NCBI GenBank assembly: GCA_964511305.1
Contig: CAZEEU010000001.1
Location: 1 to 51,956, forward strand
DNA length: 51,956 nucleotides
Source: an uncultured Gammaproteobacteria bacterium
Lineage (GTDB): Bacteria; Patescibacteriota; Microgenomatia; Levybacterales; GWA1-39-11
Direction: 5' to 3'
Translations under genes and position numbers: made by a program
Part shown: positions 38,062 to 48,241 of the stretch, piece by piece
How the letters are laid out: the number at the start of each line of letters is the position of its first letter
Numbering within the stretch: position 1 is the first letter of the stretch
The notes under the pieces: model-generated
What the model was told of the DNA's origin: nothing
Seen by the model: the letters and a program-made list of their open reading frames with translations, nothing else
The model's database searches: none

Positions 38062-39587
38062 ATTTTAAAAAGTGTCACTTTTGTTTTTTTATTTTCGTAA
38101 ACTTTCTGTAAATTCTTGTAATTTTTAGGCAAACCGTCTCTTACTAAAATGTAGGATGCATTTTTAGAATTAGGCCACTGTGAAAGTGTGTAGTTAAAGT
38201 CTGCATAGTACAGATTATGAATACCATCAACTAATACTATATCGTCTCCTACAATATTTTTGATTTCCTCATCTTCATCAAAAAAATCACCAAACGAAAA
38301 ATTAAGGTTACGCATTAGAAATTCCTGTCTACTCTCCAAGCCTAGAACAGTAGGCACAAATTTTGCATTAGCAAATGATCTGTAAAAAATTGTTGAAAGC
38401 GCTATAACAATAATTGTTGCAAGAACGGTCTTTTGAATTATTACATTTTTTGTTTGTTTTATGGAAACATAAGACAAAATTGTTAGCGCAGGAAGAATAA
38501 CAGTTAAGAATCGTGTACCGCCACTTTGTGCAAAAAAATACCAGACGACGTACGTAGAACAAACATAGATAAAAAGTGGTGAATACTTTTTAAATGTTTT
38601 TCTAAGATTTAGAAGTATTATAGGCAAACAAATCAAATATATAGGACTTAATGGATCTGGAGCGAAAAGAAATGTATTAACAAGAGTTGTAAGAATAGTT
38701 ATAGGATTTATTAGATCTAATGTAAAATCCCTTACTCCTAATTGAGTAAATAAAGGAAAAACAGGATTTGCAGTATGATAAAAAGCTATCAAAAACCAAG
38801 GCATTGCAACTGCCAAAGAAATTGTTCCAAAGGCAATAAAAGTTTTTAAAACGGTTTTTTTATCGCTCTTAAAAGTATTAAATAATATCAGAATTACTCC
38901 TAAAAATGAGCCCAGTGTTAGTATTTTACTAGCTATTCCAAAGCCAAAAAGAAATGCGCTATTGATAAGTAACTTTTGGGATTTTTTTTGATGATAATAC
39001 AACAAATAAATAAGACTTAACGTTTCATAAAATGCTCTTCCAAGATCTGAGTATGCAGTTATTGATAACCAAGAAACAACCAAGTTTGAATAAAAAACCA
39101 AAGTACATAGCATGCTTTCAGACTTAGTCATATATATTCTTGAAAGCTTATATACCGCAGCACAAACCAATAGTCCAAAACTAAAATGTATCAATTTAGC
39201 ACCAATTTCATTCGTAAGTAATATAGCAGGGACGTAAAGCATTTCGACCAATTTTGGCATTAAGGAATAGTAGAAAAGGTTATCTTTTATAAAAAATACA
39301 GAATGACTTGCAATAAAAAGCTTTGGAATTGTAAGGTGATACCACAAGGAATCAAATGCGAGCTCAGGGCCTAATGCACCAACAAGATTTACTGCAAAAA
39401 GAATGACAAGAAGCACCAAAACGTACCCATACTCCCTAAAATTAACTTGAATTCTTACCGCAAATATTGAAAGCAAAATAAAGACTAGGGTAACAAGCAA
39501 AACAGGGTAAAACGAAATTAAGTGTAAAAGTCCTAATAAAAGAATCGCATAAGAATAACAACCTATGAGAAAAGCTATTGCCAGCAT
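38058..39587 (-). CDS. GT-C-fold membrane glycosyltransferase-like protein (PMT_2/ArnT-like)
   Basis: 509 aa, polytopic N-terminal ~400 aa with a soluble C-terminal tail. First-loop motif ELAFDSLWYH. 4-nt ATGA overlap with the downstream gene. Confidence 0.5.
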   Translation of the reverse strand: MLAIAFLIGCYSYAILLLGLLHLISFYPVLLVTLVFILLSIFAVRIQVNFREYGYVLVLLVILFAVNLVGALGPELAFDSLWYHLTIPKLFIASHSVFFIKDNLFYYSLMPKLVEMLYVPAILLTNEIGAKLIHFSFGLLVCAAVYKLSRIYMTKSESMLCTLVFYSNLVVSWLSITAYSDLGRAFYETLSLIYLLYYHQKKSQKLLINSAFLFGFGIASKILTLGSFLGVILILFNTFKSDKKTVLKTFIAFGTISLAVAMPWFLIAFYHTANPVFPLFTQLGVRDFTLDLINPITILTTLVNTFLFAPDPLSPIYLICLPIILLNLRKTFKKYSPLFIYVCSTYVVWYFFAQSGGTRFLTVILPALTILSYVSIKQTKNVIIQKTVLATIIVIALSTIFYRSFANAKFVPTVLGLESRQEFLMRNLNFSFGDFFDEDEEIKNIVGDDIVLVDGIHNLYYADFNYTLSQWPNSKNASYILVRDGLPKNYKNLQKVYENKKTKVTLFKI

Positions 39588-39711
39588 ATTCCCCTTCTAC
39601 AAACTAAATGATAAAAATATAATGCAACCACTAATAAAACCCATATTATAAATAACAACGATTTATACCTCATGCAGAATTTTGGGGGCAGAATATCTTA
39701 AGTAGATTTTA

Positions 39712-39745
39712 CCTCTAGTTTAGGCAGATGTCACTTTTTACCTAA
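39712..39745. repeat. degenerate copy of the 3' end and downstream flank of the GT2 gene (partner copy at 39799-39835)
   Basis: cctctagtttagRca...tcactt..ttt..cctaa occurs twice, 87 nt apart. The minus strand of copy 1 still reads LGKK-stop, like the true C-terminus LGKKK-stop. Confidence 0.6.
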
Positions 39746-39816
39746 CCAAAGTTACCATTTTTCATGAACTAATTTATTACTTGTTCAAGCATAGCTTGCC
39801 TCTAGTTTAGACACTA

Positions 39817-40563
39817 TCACTTCTTTTTGCCTAAATAGAGCTTTGCTCTAACTAGAAATGAATGGAAGCTCATAAGCATTGCGTAAATAAAGCCTGGTAC
39901 TCCATCTTTATACCCTTTACGCAAAACGTAATTCTGAAAGAATTTAGCTACCGGATACGTTACAATTTCTATTGCAGAAGGTTTCTTTGCTCGTTCCAAA
40001 AGCTCATCTGCTCTTAAAGTAGAATAATCATCAACATCTCTTACAAAATCGAATACTGTTGAGTGTGGAATGTGAATCAACGGCTCTGAAAGCTCCAAGG
40101 TTTTGCCTATTATTCTCCATGTTTCATGAACCTTACCATGCCATTTGCCACTTTCACGTCTACCAAGCCTTAAGAGTCTAACCTTTCCAACCTCTCCATG
40201 CATCAAACTTTTTCCCCACATCCGGTCTATTCTTTTTATATAATAGCCGGCACATTCCTTTTCTTTTATGGCTCTTACTATCTCATCCCGCAAAGCCCTT
40301 GATACAATTTCATCAGAATCTATAAAAAGAACCCATTTTGTCTTGGTGTGATTAAGGGCAAAATTTCTTTGATTTGCAAAATTTGCGTTCAATGGATGTA
40401 TGAATATGCTAGATGTAAATTGTTTACAAAGCTCTACTGTTCTATCAGATGATTCATCGTCTACGATGACCAACTCATCTGCAAAAACCAATGATTCAAG
40501 ACAATCTACTATTTTTAACTCATCATTATGAGTAAGAACGACTATCGTGAGACTGTTATCCAT
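39817..40563 (-). CDS. family 2 glycosyltransferase
   Basis: 248 aa. IVVLTHNDE...DDESSDRT...FIDSDE (DxD), a GT-A fold signature. Confidence 0.8.
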   Translation of the reverse strand: MDNSLTIVVLTHNDELKIVDCLESLVFADELVIVDDESSDRTVELCKQFTSSIFIHPLNANFANQRNFALNHTKTKWVLFIDSDEIVSRALRDEIVRAIKEKECAGYYIKRIDRMWGKSLMHGEVGKVRLLRLGRRESGKWHGKVHETWRIIGKTLELSEPLIHIPHSTVFDFVRDVDDYSTLRADELLERAKKPSAIEIVTYPVAKFFQNYVLRKGYKDGVPGFIYAMLMSFHSFLVRAKLYLGKKK

Positions 40564-40570
40564 CTATTTA

Positions 40571-41281
40571 TTATATCTTCTTTCCTACTGCAATTAACGA
40601 GATTCCAAATGGCAAATTAGATTTTGGCTCTATACGACGAAGAACCGGCACTATTGCATCAAATAGCTTTACCTGGGACGGTTTTAGGTGTGCGTGGTGG
40701 CCTGCACTAATTAAATCTCTCAATATCCAACTGGCAAGTCCTACAGTGTTAAAATACCCAATATACTCGACATTAAAACCTGCGTCTTTTATCTTTTTTT
40801 CCAAATCTTTTTTTTCGTAACGTCTGAAATGACCTAAGTGTTTATCTAGTGTTTTGTATGCAATTTTCTTTGCTGGCACAAGAAGAACTACCCTACCATC
40901 TTTTTCAAGAAGTCTATTCATATTGCGTAAAGCTAACACATCGTCTTCTATGTGCTCCAAAACATTTACGCTATACACTGTTTTGAATTTATTTGATATT
41001 TTATGCAACGTTTTTGATATATCAAAAACCTCTGAGCTTACATTTTTTTTACCCTTAAATCGTTCCTTAAGATGTTCAACTAATGATTCATCTATATCAG
41101 TAAGGGTGAGATCTTCTACGAGAGACAAAAAGTCGGAAATATTTCCCGTACCAGCACCTATTTCAAGCGCTGGGCTTTGAATGTAGGGAAGAATCCTAGA
41201 AGCAATCCAGGCATTGTAATTATCTGCTCCTTCGAGCACCTCAAGAGTCTTTACACCTGCATACACATGTTTACTTTTCAT
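40571..41281 (-). CDS. class I SAM-dependent methyltransferase
   Basis: 236 aa. Motif I ALEIGAGTGNISDFL, plus later VNVLEHIEDD. Confidence 0.8.
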   Translation of the reverse strand: MKSKHVYAGVKTLEVLEGADNYNAWIASRILPYIQSPALEIGAGTGNISDFLSLVEDLTLTDIDESLVEHLKERFKGKKNVSSEVFDISKTLHKISNKFKTVYSVNVLEHIEDDVLALRNMNRLLEKDGRVVLLVPAKKIAYKTLDKHLGHFRRYEKKDLEKKIKDAGFNVEYIGYFNTVGLASWILRDLISAGHHAHLKPSQVKLFDAIVPVLRRIEPKSNLPFGISLIAVGKKI

Positions 41282-42593
41282 TTTTGAATTTTAATTTTAG
41301 CAAAACTGAGCACATAGATACAGCATACACTCCAATTGGTGCTATGTGAAGAAGTGCCCTATTGAGCACATTTGGTATATGCTCAGATGGATTAGGAGTG
41401 GTTACAAAAAATACGGAAGCAAGCACAACTAGATCAATGGCAAGTACTATAAAAGGAGTAGCTAAATCTAAATTTATTTGCTTGATTCTAACAGTGCATG
41501 AACTCACGATAACAGCTAGCCACATCAAATTCCAATTTTGAATATTAAAGAGCTCTTTAAAAAACTCTTTAATAATTATCGGCAGTCTTTGAGGGTAAAT
41601 TGAAGACCCGATATACTCTGGGGATTTAACTACACCCTCAAAATACTTAAAAACTTGCCAATCAAAAAATGGAACTATAAAAATAATAGAAAGAATTAGT
41701 TTTTTATAGCCAAATTGTCTAATAGTTAATGCTACCAGTACAATTTCTACTAAAAGAACAAGGGGTACACCATCATTCTTTGTTAATGCTGTAACCAACA
41801 AGAAAAAATGTAGAAAAGCTAAAGTCTTTACCGAACGCTTTTTAACAAATTCAAAAAACAGTAGAAAAGACACAAAAAGAAAATACCCCAAAATTACATC
41901 TGCCTGTCCTGCCTCAAAACGTCCACTATGGCGAACTAAATTTTGTGTAGAAAGTAAAAGAAAAGTAAAAAATAATGCCATAGTGCTTCCAGTCTTTTCT
42001 TTAACAGAATAATAAAAGAGTGAACCAAGGCTAATATAAAAAACTGCATACGTAATAAGAATTGCCCGGTCGTCTATCTGCCCTAAAAAGACATAAAGGA
42101 ATGTACCAAGCAAACTTACTAGTGGAGGATATTCAGTTGGCAAATAAGTAACAAGAGAAGGATCAATTGACCCTTCAATAAAATACATTTTTGACCTAAA
42201 AAGCCAGCTTGCATACCCATCCCATGCATTAAGAGGTCTTAAGGTCGCTTCAATTGAGGTAAAAGCCATCAGTATGATAATGAGAACTAACAGCACAAAG
42301 CTCATTATCGATTTCGGTTTTTGTATTTGTGTCTTGAAAGTGTGGGGTTTGAATTTTAATATAGCTGCTATATATATAGCAGTCCAAGGAAACACAATCG
42401 TTGCTGGAGACCACATGACACCAAAACGTGAATATAAATACATTTGGAAAGTACATATTCCAATTCCTAATGCAAAAGAGAACGAGATTTTTTCTAAAAA
42501 TCCTTTTTTTTCAAGTACATTTGCTAGATAGAAAACACAAAAACCCAACAGGGTTAGCAAAAATAACATGAACAAGACAATAAGTGTATTCAT
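41271..42593 (-). CDS. polytopic membrane protein, probable GT-C-like glycosyltransferase
   Basis: 440 aa with at least 10 hydrophobic helices. Operon context with GT-C/GT2 genes. No diagnostic motif seen. Confidence 0.4.
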   Translation of the reverse strand: MNTLIVLFMLFLLTLLGFCVFYLANVLEKKGFLEKISFSFALGIGICTFQMYLYSRFGVMWSPATIVFPWTAIYIAAILKFKPHTFKTQIQKPKSIMSFVLLVLIIILMAFTSIEATLRPLNAWDGYASWLFRSKMYFIEGSIDPSLVTYLPTEYPPLVSLLGTFLYVFLGQIDDRAILITYAVFYISLGSLFYYSVKEKTGSTMALFFTFLLLSTQNLVRHSGRFEAGQADVILGYFLFVSFLLFFEFVKKRSVKTLAFLHFFLLVTALTKNDGVPLVLLVEIVLVALTIRQFGYKKLILSIIFIVPFFDWQVFKYFEGVVKSPEYIGSSIYPQRLPIIIKEFFKELFNIQNWNLMWLAVIVSSCTVRIKQINLDLATPFIVLAIDLVVLASVFFVTTPNPSEHIPNVLNRALLHIAPIGVYAVSMCSVLLKLKFKNEK

Positions 42594-43036
42594 TTTGAAT
42601 ATATTGCTCCTTTAATAGAAGCTGAGCCATATTTCTTAACAAGATGAAATCTGTATTTTTCGGCCGAAAATTCTAATCCATTTGTCTCAAGCACAAGCAG
42701 TGAATCCTTCTTCTTCAGATGAATTTTAAACAGATCACGAACACTATTCACAAGATACATTTTGCGAGGATATACTTCATACCTGCAAAAATAAAAAGCG
42801 TGTCCATCTTGAGTTAAGAAATAAATATCTGAATCTTTATTAGTATTGTTAATAGCAAAACTACAAAAATTGTCTATTTCTCCATAAGTTTCTCTCCTTC
42901 TAATTTGTTCTGTTGAACTAAGTAGGTATGATTCTTGAAAAATGAATTTTACTAAGTTATAAAAAGTTCTTGCCAATCCAATTACAAACCACAGAACTAA
43001 AATATAAATGAATAACAATCTTATTATTTTTTTCAT
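42590..43036 (-). CDS. hypothetical single-pass membrane protein
   Basis: 148 aa. N-terminal TM helix (LLFIYILVLWFVIGLA). 4-nt overlaps on both sides. Confidence 0.5.
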   Translation of the reverse strand: MKKIIRLLFIYILVLWFVIGLARTFYNLVKFIFQESYLLSSTEQIRRRETYGEIDNFCSFAINNTNKDSDIYFLTQDGHAFYFCRYEVYPRKMYLVNSVRDLFKIHLKKKDSLLVLETNGLEFSAEKYRFHLVKKYGSASIKGAIYSK

Positions 43037-44523
43037 ATACCTATTCTTTCGATCTTGTAGTATTCAAAATATAAAGATGAATTCTTAATCGGCATGACCA
43101 CTAAATTTGTTATGCCTTTGAAAGGAATATTTCTGGCAGCATCAATAGTAAAATTCTTTCCTTCATCATCAAATATAATAACGTTTCTGATTCTTGGTGA
43201 AAGTTTTATTGTGTCATTTGCATATTTTGTTCTTTTGAATAGTAAATTACGCGCTTCGATTATTTCATGAGAATTACCACCATTAAATAATTTATCAACC
43301 ATGTAAATTTTATATTCCGGCAAATAATATCTTACATGCCTCCAAAAATATGGGCCTGCTAGGATTACTGTCTCCTCAGAATTAAAGTTCTCAGAAATAT
43401 AATCTATTTTTTTCTCTAGGGAATAGTCATTTCTGACTATGTCACTATAATGAAACGATGACTGCCTATAGGATCTTTGATATAAAGGATCTCTGTTGTA
43501 AAAAAATATAGCCAAATTGACAATAGCAACCAGAGAAACAACTACAACTGCAATAGTTCTATTGGTCTTGTAAAGCTTCCCCAAAAATAAAGCTGCTGCT
43601 ATAATTCCTAAAGATAAATACCCTTCTTGATAACCTGCGTGCTCTGTTCTGATAAAAAGATTAAAAAGTAGTGAAGGAATACACCAAAGTAGGAAAAAAA
43701 CAATTACCTTTTTCTTTAATTTAGTTGAAATAAAATACAGCAATGAAAAAGGCAATCCTGCACCAATAGTTAAAAATGCACCATTGAGAAGCTCAAACTT
43801 CTTGGTTAATAACGGATTCAGTGATGGAAATGGAAGCCCTTCAGAAGCGCCTTTTGAAAGAACTGCAATATAATTTACTATTCCACCCGCAACTGATAGA
43901 AATGGAGCTATCCATGCTAAAGAAATCATTGAAAAGGCAGAGATTGATAGTAATTTTTCATGCCGGCGCATTGAATAAAAAACGATAAAAACTAAAGGTA
44001 AGGTTGTTATAAATTCTTGAGGTCTTATCCCTAGTAAAATTGCGTATGACAAACCTAAAAAAAGTCCGCTTGTTTTATTAGCAATAAAAGACCTATAACA
44101 AAGTGTTATTACTACCATTTCAATAGCAATCATAAGAAGATATGGATAGACCGTGAGGCCAAAAAAATAAATGGCCGGAGATGTCAAAAAAATAATTGAA
44201 GCAATAGCTCCTACCTCCCTACCTTGAATGTTCTTTCCTGCAAAATAATATGCAATTCCTCCGATTGCTGTTGCTATAATACTGACGCCAAGAAGAGCTG
44301 AATGCGGGTCATGCGTTAAAAACGACATAATCTTCCCGAATGCTAGATACAATGGATACCCGGGTGGCGCAGGCGTCTCTTGCAAAAAATCAAAATGATT
44401 AAGAGCCATAACCAGAGAAGAGCTGTCTGTGTGAGAATGCATTTTTTCAACAAGAGGAAAACGTGATATAAAGGAGAATACAATTATTGCAAAAATGATA
44501 ACAACGGTTTTACTAACTGCCAT
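43033..44523 (-). CDS. GT-C-fold membrane glycosyltransferase-like protein (DUF2723/PMT-like)
   Basis: 496 aa. TPAPPGYPLYLAFGK in the first loop resembles the PPGYP motif of DUF2723-type GT-C proteins. Polytopic region plus a soluble C-terminal domain. Confidence 0.5.
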   Translation of the reverse strand: MAVSKTVVIIFAIIVFSFISRFPLVEKMHSHTDSSSLVMALNHFDFLQETPAPPGYPLYLAFGKIMSFLTHDPHSALLGVSIIATAIGGIAYYFAGKNIQGREVGAIASIIFLTSPAIYFFGLTVYPYLLMIAIEMVVITLCYRSFIANKTSGLFLGLSYAILLGIRPQEFITTLPLVFIVFYSMRRHEKLLSISAFSMISLAWIAPFLSVAGGIVNYIAVLSKGASEGLPFPSLNPLLTKKFELLNGAFLTIGAGLPFSLLYFISTKLKKKVIVFFLLWCIPSLLFNLFIRTEHAGYQEGYLSLGIIAAALFLGKLYKTNRTIAVVVVSLVAIVNLAIFFYNRDPLYQRSYRQSSFHYSDIVRNDYSLEKKIDYISENFNSEETVILAGPYFWRHVRYYLPEYKIYMVDKLFNGGNSHEIIEARNLLFKRTKYANDTIKLSPRIRNVIIFDDEGKNFTIDAARNIPFKGITNLVVMPIKNSSLYFEYYKIERIGI

Positions 44524-44571
44524 GGATCGTTTGAAGATACGCTATTATAGCATCAATAAATTTTGTTAATT

Positions 44572-45480
44572 ATGGAAAAATCAGTAAAAAAAGGTTGTCC
44601 GCTGTGTTCTAGTACAAAGAAAAAAATATTATTCAAAAGTACACTCCAAAGCAAAGATCGCAACGAAGATGTAATTAAAAATGATCTTAAAAATACTCTC
44701 ACGGGAATCAAAAAACACGCAAGACTTGTCCAATGCTTGAAATGCAAGGTTGTCTATACAAATCCACGCGAAAATTTACAAGATTTAATGTCTGGATACG
44801 AATCCGTAGAAGACCCAGATTACCTAAGAACAAAAAAATATAGAATGAGCCTGATATCAAAGCATGTAAACAAGATAAAAGGATACATAAAAAAGGGGGA
44901 TCTATTAGACGTTGGTTGTTTTTGTGGTTTTTTCCTAGACTTGGCTTCAAAAAAGGGTTTTAATGTTGCTGGAATCGAACCAAGCAGGTGGGCTTCAGAA
45001 ATAGTTATAAAAATGGGGTATCCAATTTATGGAAGCACGCTTGATGATATTTCCAATAAGAAATTTGACGTAATAACTATGTGGGATGTTATAGAGCATT
45101 TACCAGATCCTCTCGGTGAGATACTCAAAGTGCGGAAAAATCTTAAAAAGAACGGAATTATTGCTGTGAGTACGCCTGATATTGAAAACTTTCTAGTTAA
45201 GTTGCTTGGAGATCGTCATCCCTTTTTTGTACGAATGCACATAACTCTATTTACACCAAAAAATCTTAATCTCCTTTTAACCATTGCAGGATTTGAAATT
45301 CTAGAGACGTATTTCTACAAGCGCGAATATCCAATTTCCTATTACCTTGAGCGGCTTTCAGAGAACCTTCCTGCATTAAAGAGTATTCCAAAGCGACTTT
45401 CTACAATCAAAGCATTTCAAAAAATTACAATTTCATTTCTTCCAAACGACGAATTTACAATTATAGCAAGAAAGGTCTAA
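44572..45480 (+). CDS. class I SAM-dependent methyltransferase with N-terminal Cys4 zinc ribbon
   Basis: CPLC...CLKC, then motif I LLDVGCFCGFFL and MWDVIEHLPDP. Confidence 0.75.
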   Translation: MEKSVKKGCPLCSSTKKKILFKSTLQSKDRNEDVIKNDLKNTLTGIKKHARLVQCLKCKVVYTNPRENLQDLMSGYESVEDPDYLRTKKYRMSLISKHVNKIKGYIKKGDLLDVGCFCGFFLDLASKKGFNVAGIEPSRWASEIVIKMGYPIYGSTLDDISNKKFDVITMWDVIEHLPDPLGEILKVRKNLKKNGIIAVSTPDIENFLVKLLGDRHPFFVRMHITLFTPKNLNLLLTIAGFEILETYFYKREYPISYYLERLSENLPALKSIPKRLSTIKAFQKITISFLPNDEFTIIARKV

Positions 45481-46391
45481 ATCATCTCATAAAGACCTTC
45501 TGCCATTGTCTTTTTTGCCTGCCAGTTAAGCAACCTCTTTGCCTTTACCACTGATGCAAAATTACGCAAGACGTCTTTTTTATTCTTCTTTACGTAACGT
45601 AACTTGGGAGCTCCTTCTTTTTTAAGAACCTTCCATAAAATTAACACGATGTCTTCAATTGAATACTCATTTTTGTCTGCAATATTAAACACCTCATTTA
45701 CATCACCACTTTCGAGGGTAGATACAATGCCTTGTGCAATGTCTGATACATGAGTGAAGTTTCTTCGGATACCTTTTTTACCCCATACCTCAACTTCTCC
45801 GGTAGAATCTTTAACTTTCTTTATAAGATCTGGTATCACATGTCCATTCGGATCTCTATTCCCTGCGGAATTAATCCCGTACACATTAAAAAGTCTACAA
45901 ACTGAATAAGAAAGAGCATGCTCCTGGAAAAAAGCTTCACAAAGAGATTCTCCGAAAAGTTTCTCAAGCCCATAAGACAGTGTGGGTGGGGGAATATTTT
46001 TTGTATCTTTTTCGACTAGCGGAAATTTTAATGATTGTTCATACACTAATGAGCTTGAAATATATACATACTTCTTAACCTTTGCCTTGGATGCGGCTCT
46101 TATACAATTCAAATCGATTAGAGCATTGTTACTAATTATTGTTGCGGGGAAATTATTTGCAAATGATACTCCACCAACCTCTGCTGCAAGATGTATAACA
46201 AAGTCCGCTTTCTGAAAAATTTCATCTAATTTTTTTGATGAAAGAAGATCGATCTTTTTGTAGGAAACATTGCTACTTGTCTTTAATGGTTTTTTATCCA
46301 AAACTAATACATCGTATTTTTTGTCTGAAAGAATACTCACAACCTGTCGACCGACATATCCTGAACCACCTGTAACTATTACTCTTTTCAT
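45477..46391 (-). CDS. NAD-dependent sugar-nucleotide epimerase/dehydratase (extended SDR)
   Basis: VIVTGGSGYVG Rossmann motif, and YGLEK (YxxxK). Confidence 0.8.
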   Translation of the reverse strand: MKRVIVTGGSGYVGRQVVSILSDKKYDVLVLDKKPLKTSSNVSYKKIDLLSSKKLDEIFQKADFVIHLAAEVGGVSFANNFPATIISNNALIDLNCIRAASKAKVKKYVYISSSLVYEQSLKFPLVEKDTKNIPPPTLSYGLEKLFGESLCEAFFQEHALSYSVCRLFNVYGINSAGNRDPNGHVIPDLIKKVKDSTGEVEVWGKKGIRRNFTHVSDIAQGIVSTLESGDVNEVFNIADKNEYSIEDIVLILWKVLKKEGAPKLRYVKKNKKDVLRNFASVVKAKRLLNWQAKKTMAEGLYEMI

Positions 46392-46436
46392 TATTGCAAT
46401 TAAAAGCGTATGGTATATTATATTAAAATCTTATAA

Positions 46437-47132
46437 ATGAAAACAGGCAAAAAAAATAACCCCAAGGTCAGTATCATCCTCCCTACTTACAATGAAGAAA
46501 AAAGCATTGGTAAAATGATTCGTCAAATAAAGACGATGAAAAAAAATTACACCTTTGAAATTGTTGTCGCTGATGGTGGATCACATGATAAGACAGTCGA
46601 AATTGCAAAAAAGGAGAAAGTAATCGTGTTTGAATTCGGAAAAAAAAGAGGAAAGGGAATTGATTTTCGCGATGCAGCACTAAAATCTACCGGTGAATAT
46701 ATTGTTCAAATTGATGCCGATTATCAGTTCAGACCTACGGAGATTCAGCTATTAGTTAATGCCCTTGATAAAGGAGCAGACATTGCCATAGGTAAGAGAA
46801 AAGATCAAGCCAACGCCCCTTTGGTTAGAACCTTAGGAAATTTTTTACTATCAGTTGCGACGTCCATTGCATGTGGGAGATACATAACAGACTCACTTGC
46901 AGGATTTAAAGCAATTAGAAGAAATAAATTTGTAAAGCTTAAAATTAAAGAGCATCACTTCGGTTATGAAGCCGAGACTGTTATAAAAAGCGTAAGACTT
47001 AAATATAATCTCGTAGAAGTTCCTGTCAGTTACACTCGAAGGAATACTGGGCACTCTCAGGTTTCTCCTTTAAAAGACGGTGCTCTAATCCTTCAGTCCA
47101 TTATTAAAGCAGGCACCGCTAAATTAAATTAA
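46437..47132 (+). CDS. family 2 glycosyltransferase (polyprenyl-phosphate sugar synthase-like)
   Basis: VSIILPTYNEE...VADGGSHDKT...IDADYQ. 231 aa and soluble-looking. Confidence 0.75.
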   Translation: MKTGKKNNPKVSIILPTYNEEKSIGKMIRQIKTMKKNYTFEIVVADGGSHDKTVEIAKKEKVIVFEFGKKRGKGIDFRDAALKSTGEYIVQIDADYQFRPTEIQLLVNALDKGADIAIGKRKDQANAPLVRTLGNFLLSVATSIACGRYITDSLAGFKAIRRNKFVKLKIKEHHFGYEAETVIKSVRLKYNLVEVPVSYTRRNTGHSQVSPLKDGALILQSIIKAGTAKLN

Positions 47133-48095
47133 CTTTTTGTAATTCTCCCTATACCACTCAACGGTATTTTTTAGTCCTGTGGAAAAAGGGGTTTTTGCCT
47201 TAAAGCCAAAACCTTTAACCGCCTTTTTTGTATCCAACATTCTTCGCGGCTGACCATCAGGCATATCTGTATCAAATTTCAAATCCCCATCGTATTTACA
47301 GATTTTTTTTATCTTAGAAGCTAAATCCTTGATAGATATTTCAAAGCCGGCTCCTAAATTTACCGGATCAGAACTTTCATATCGAGAAGTTGCGAGAACT
47401 ATTGCCCTCGCACAATCTTTGACGTATAAAAATTCTCTTGTAGCTTTACCTGTTCCCCAAACCTCAACCTTTGGAATTCCTGCTTTTTTAGCTGCCTCAA
47501 TTTTTTTAATGAGAGCTGGTATTACATGAGACGACTTTTCATTGAAATTGTCACCAGGTCCGTATAAATTTACCGGGAGTAGATATATCGAATTGAATTC
47601 AAACTGGGATCTATATGCCTGAGACTGCACAAGAAGCATTTTCTTTGCCAAACCGTACGGCGCGTTTGTTTCTTCTGGATAGCCATTCCAAATGTCTTCC
47701 TCTCGAAAGGGTATAGGAGCGAATTTAGGATAGGCACAAATGGTTCCCAACGCTACGAACTTTTTAACGTTTGCTTTCCGAGCTTCTTCCATAAGCTGAA
47801 CCCCCATAATCAGATTCTCGTAAAAAAGTGTTCCTGGATATTTTTTGTTGTATTCGATTCCGCCGACATTTGCAGCAAGATGAATTACTATATCAACATT
47901 TTCTAACAAACGCTTTATATTTTTTGCGATTCGCAAGTCATCTTTCTTTGAGTCAGGTATTATTATTTTCTTCGGCTTTAACTGGGCCAACTCCTGCTTG
48001 ACGTATTTTCCTAAAAATCCATTTCCGCCTGTAAGTAGAACAGTTTTACCTTTGAAGAATTCTTCATCCTTTGGAGTGTAGTAGTTGGGTAACAT
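47124..48095 (-). CDS. fcl: GDP-L-fucose synthase (GDP-4-keto-6-deoxymannose 3,5-epimerase/4-reductase)
   Basis: VLLTGGNGFLG, IHLAANVGGI, GTICAYPK, NAPYGLAKK and NLYGPGDNF match the Fcl/WcaG pattern. ATG at 48095 preferred over GTG at 48113, which lies within TGTATAAT. Confidence 0.75.
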   Translation of the reverse strand: MLPNYYTPKDEEFFKGKTVLLTGGNGFLGKYVKQELAQLKPKKIIIPDSKKDDLRIAKNIKRLLENVDIVIHLAANVGGIEYNKKYPGTLFYENLIMGVQLMEEARKANVKKFVALGTICAYPKFAPIPFREEDIWNGYPEETNAPYGLAKKMLLVQSQAYRSQFEFNSIYLLPVNLYGPGDNFNEKSSHVIPALIKKIEAAKKAGIPKVEVWGTGKATREFLYVKDCARAIVLATSRYESSDPVNLGAGFEISIKDLASKIKKICKYDGDLKFDTDMPDGQPRRMLDTKKAVKGFGFKAKTPFSTGLKNTVEWYRENYKKLI

Positions 48096-48241
48096 GATCC
48101 TAAGATTATACACTAATTGAAATAGAGGAGAAGAACACTATATAATTGCGGACAAGACAAGCAGCGACTCTATTCATGCTTTAAAAACTGATTTGCACTA
48201 TCTCATTACCTAATTCAATGATATAAATAATAGATAAAAAT

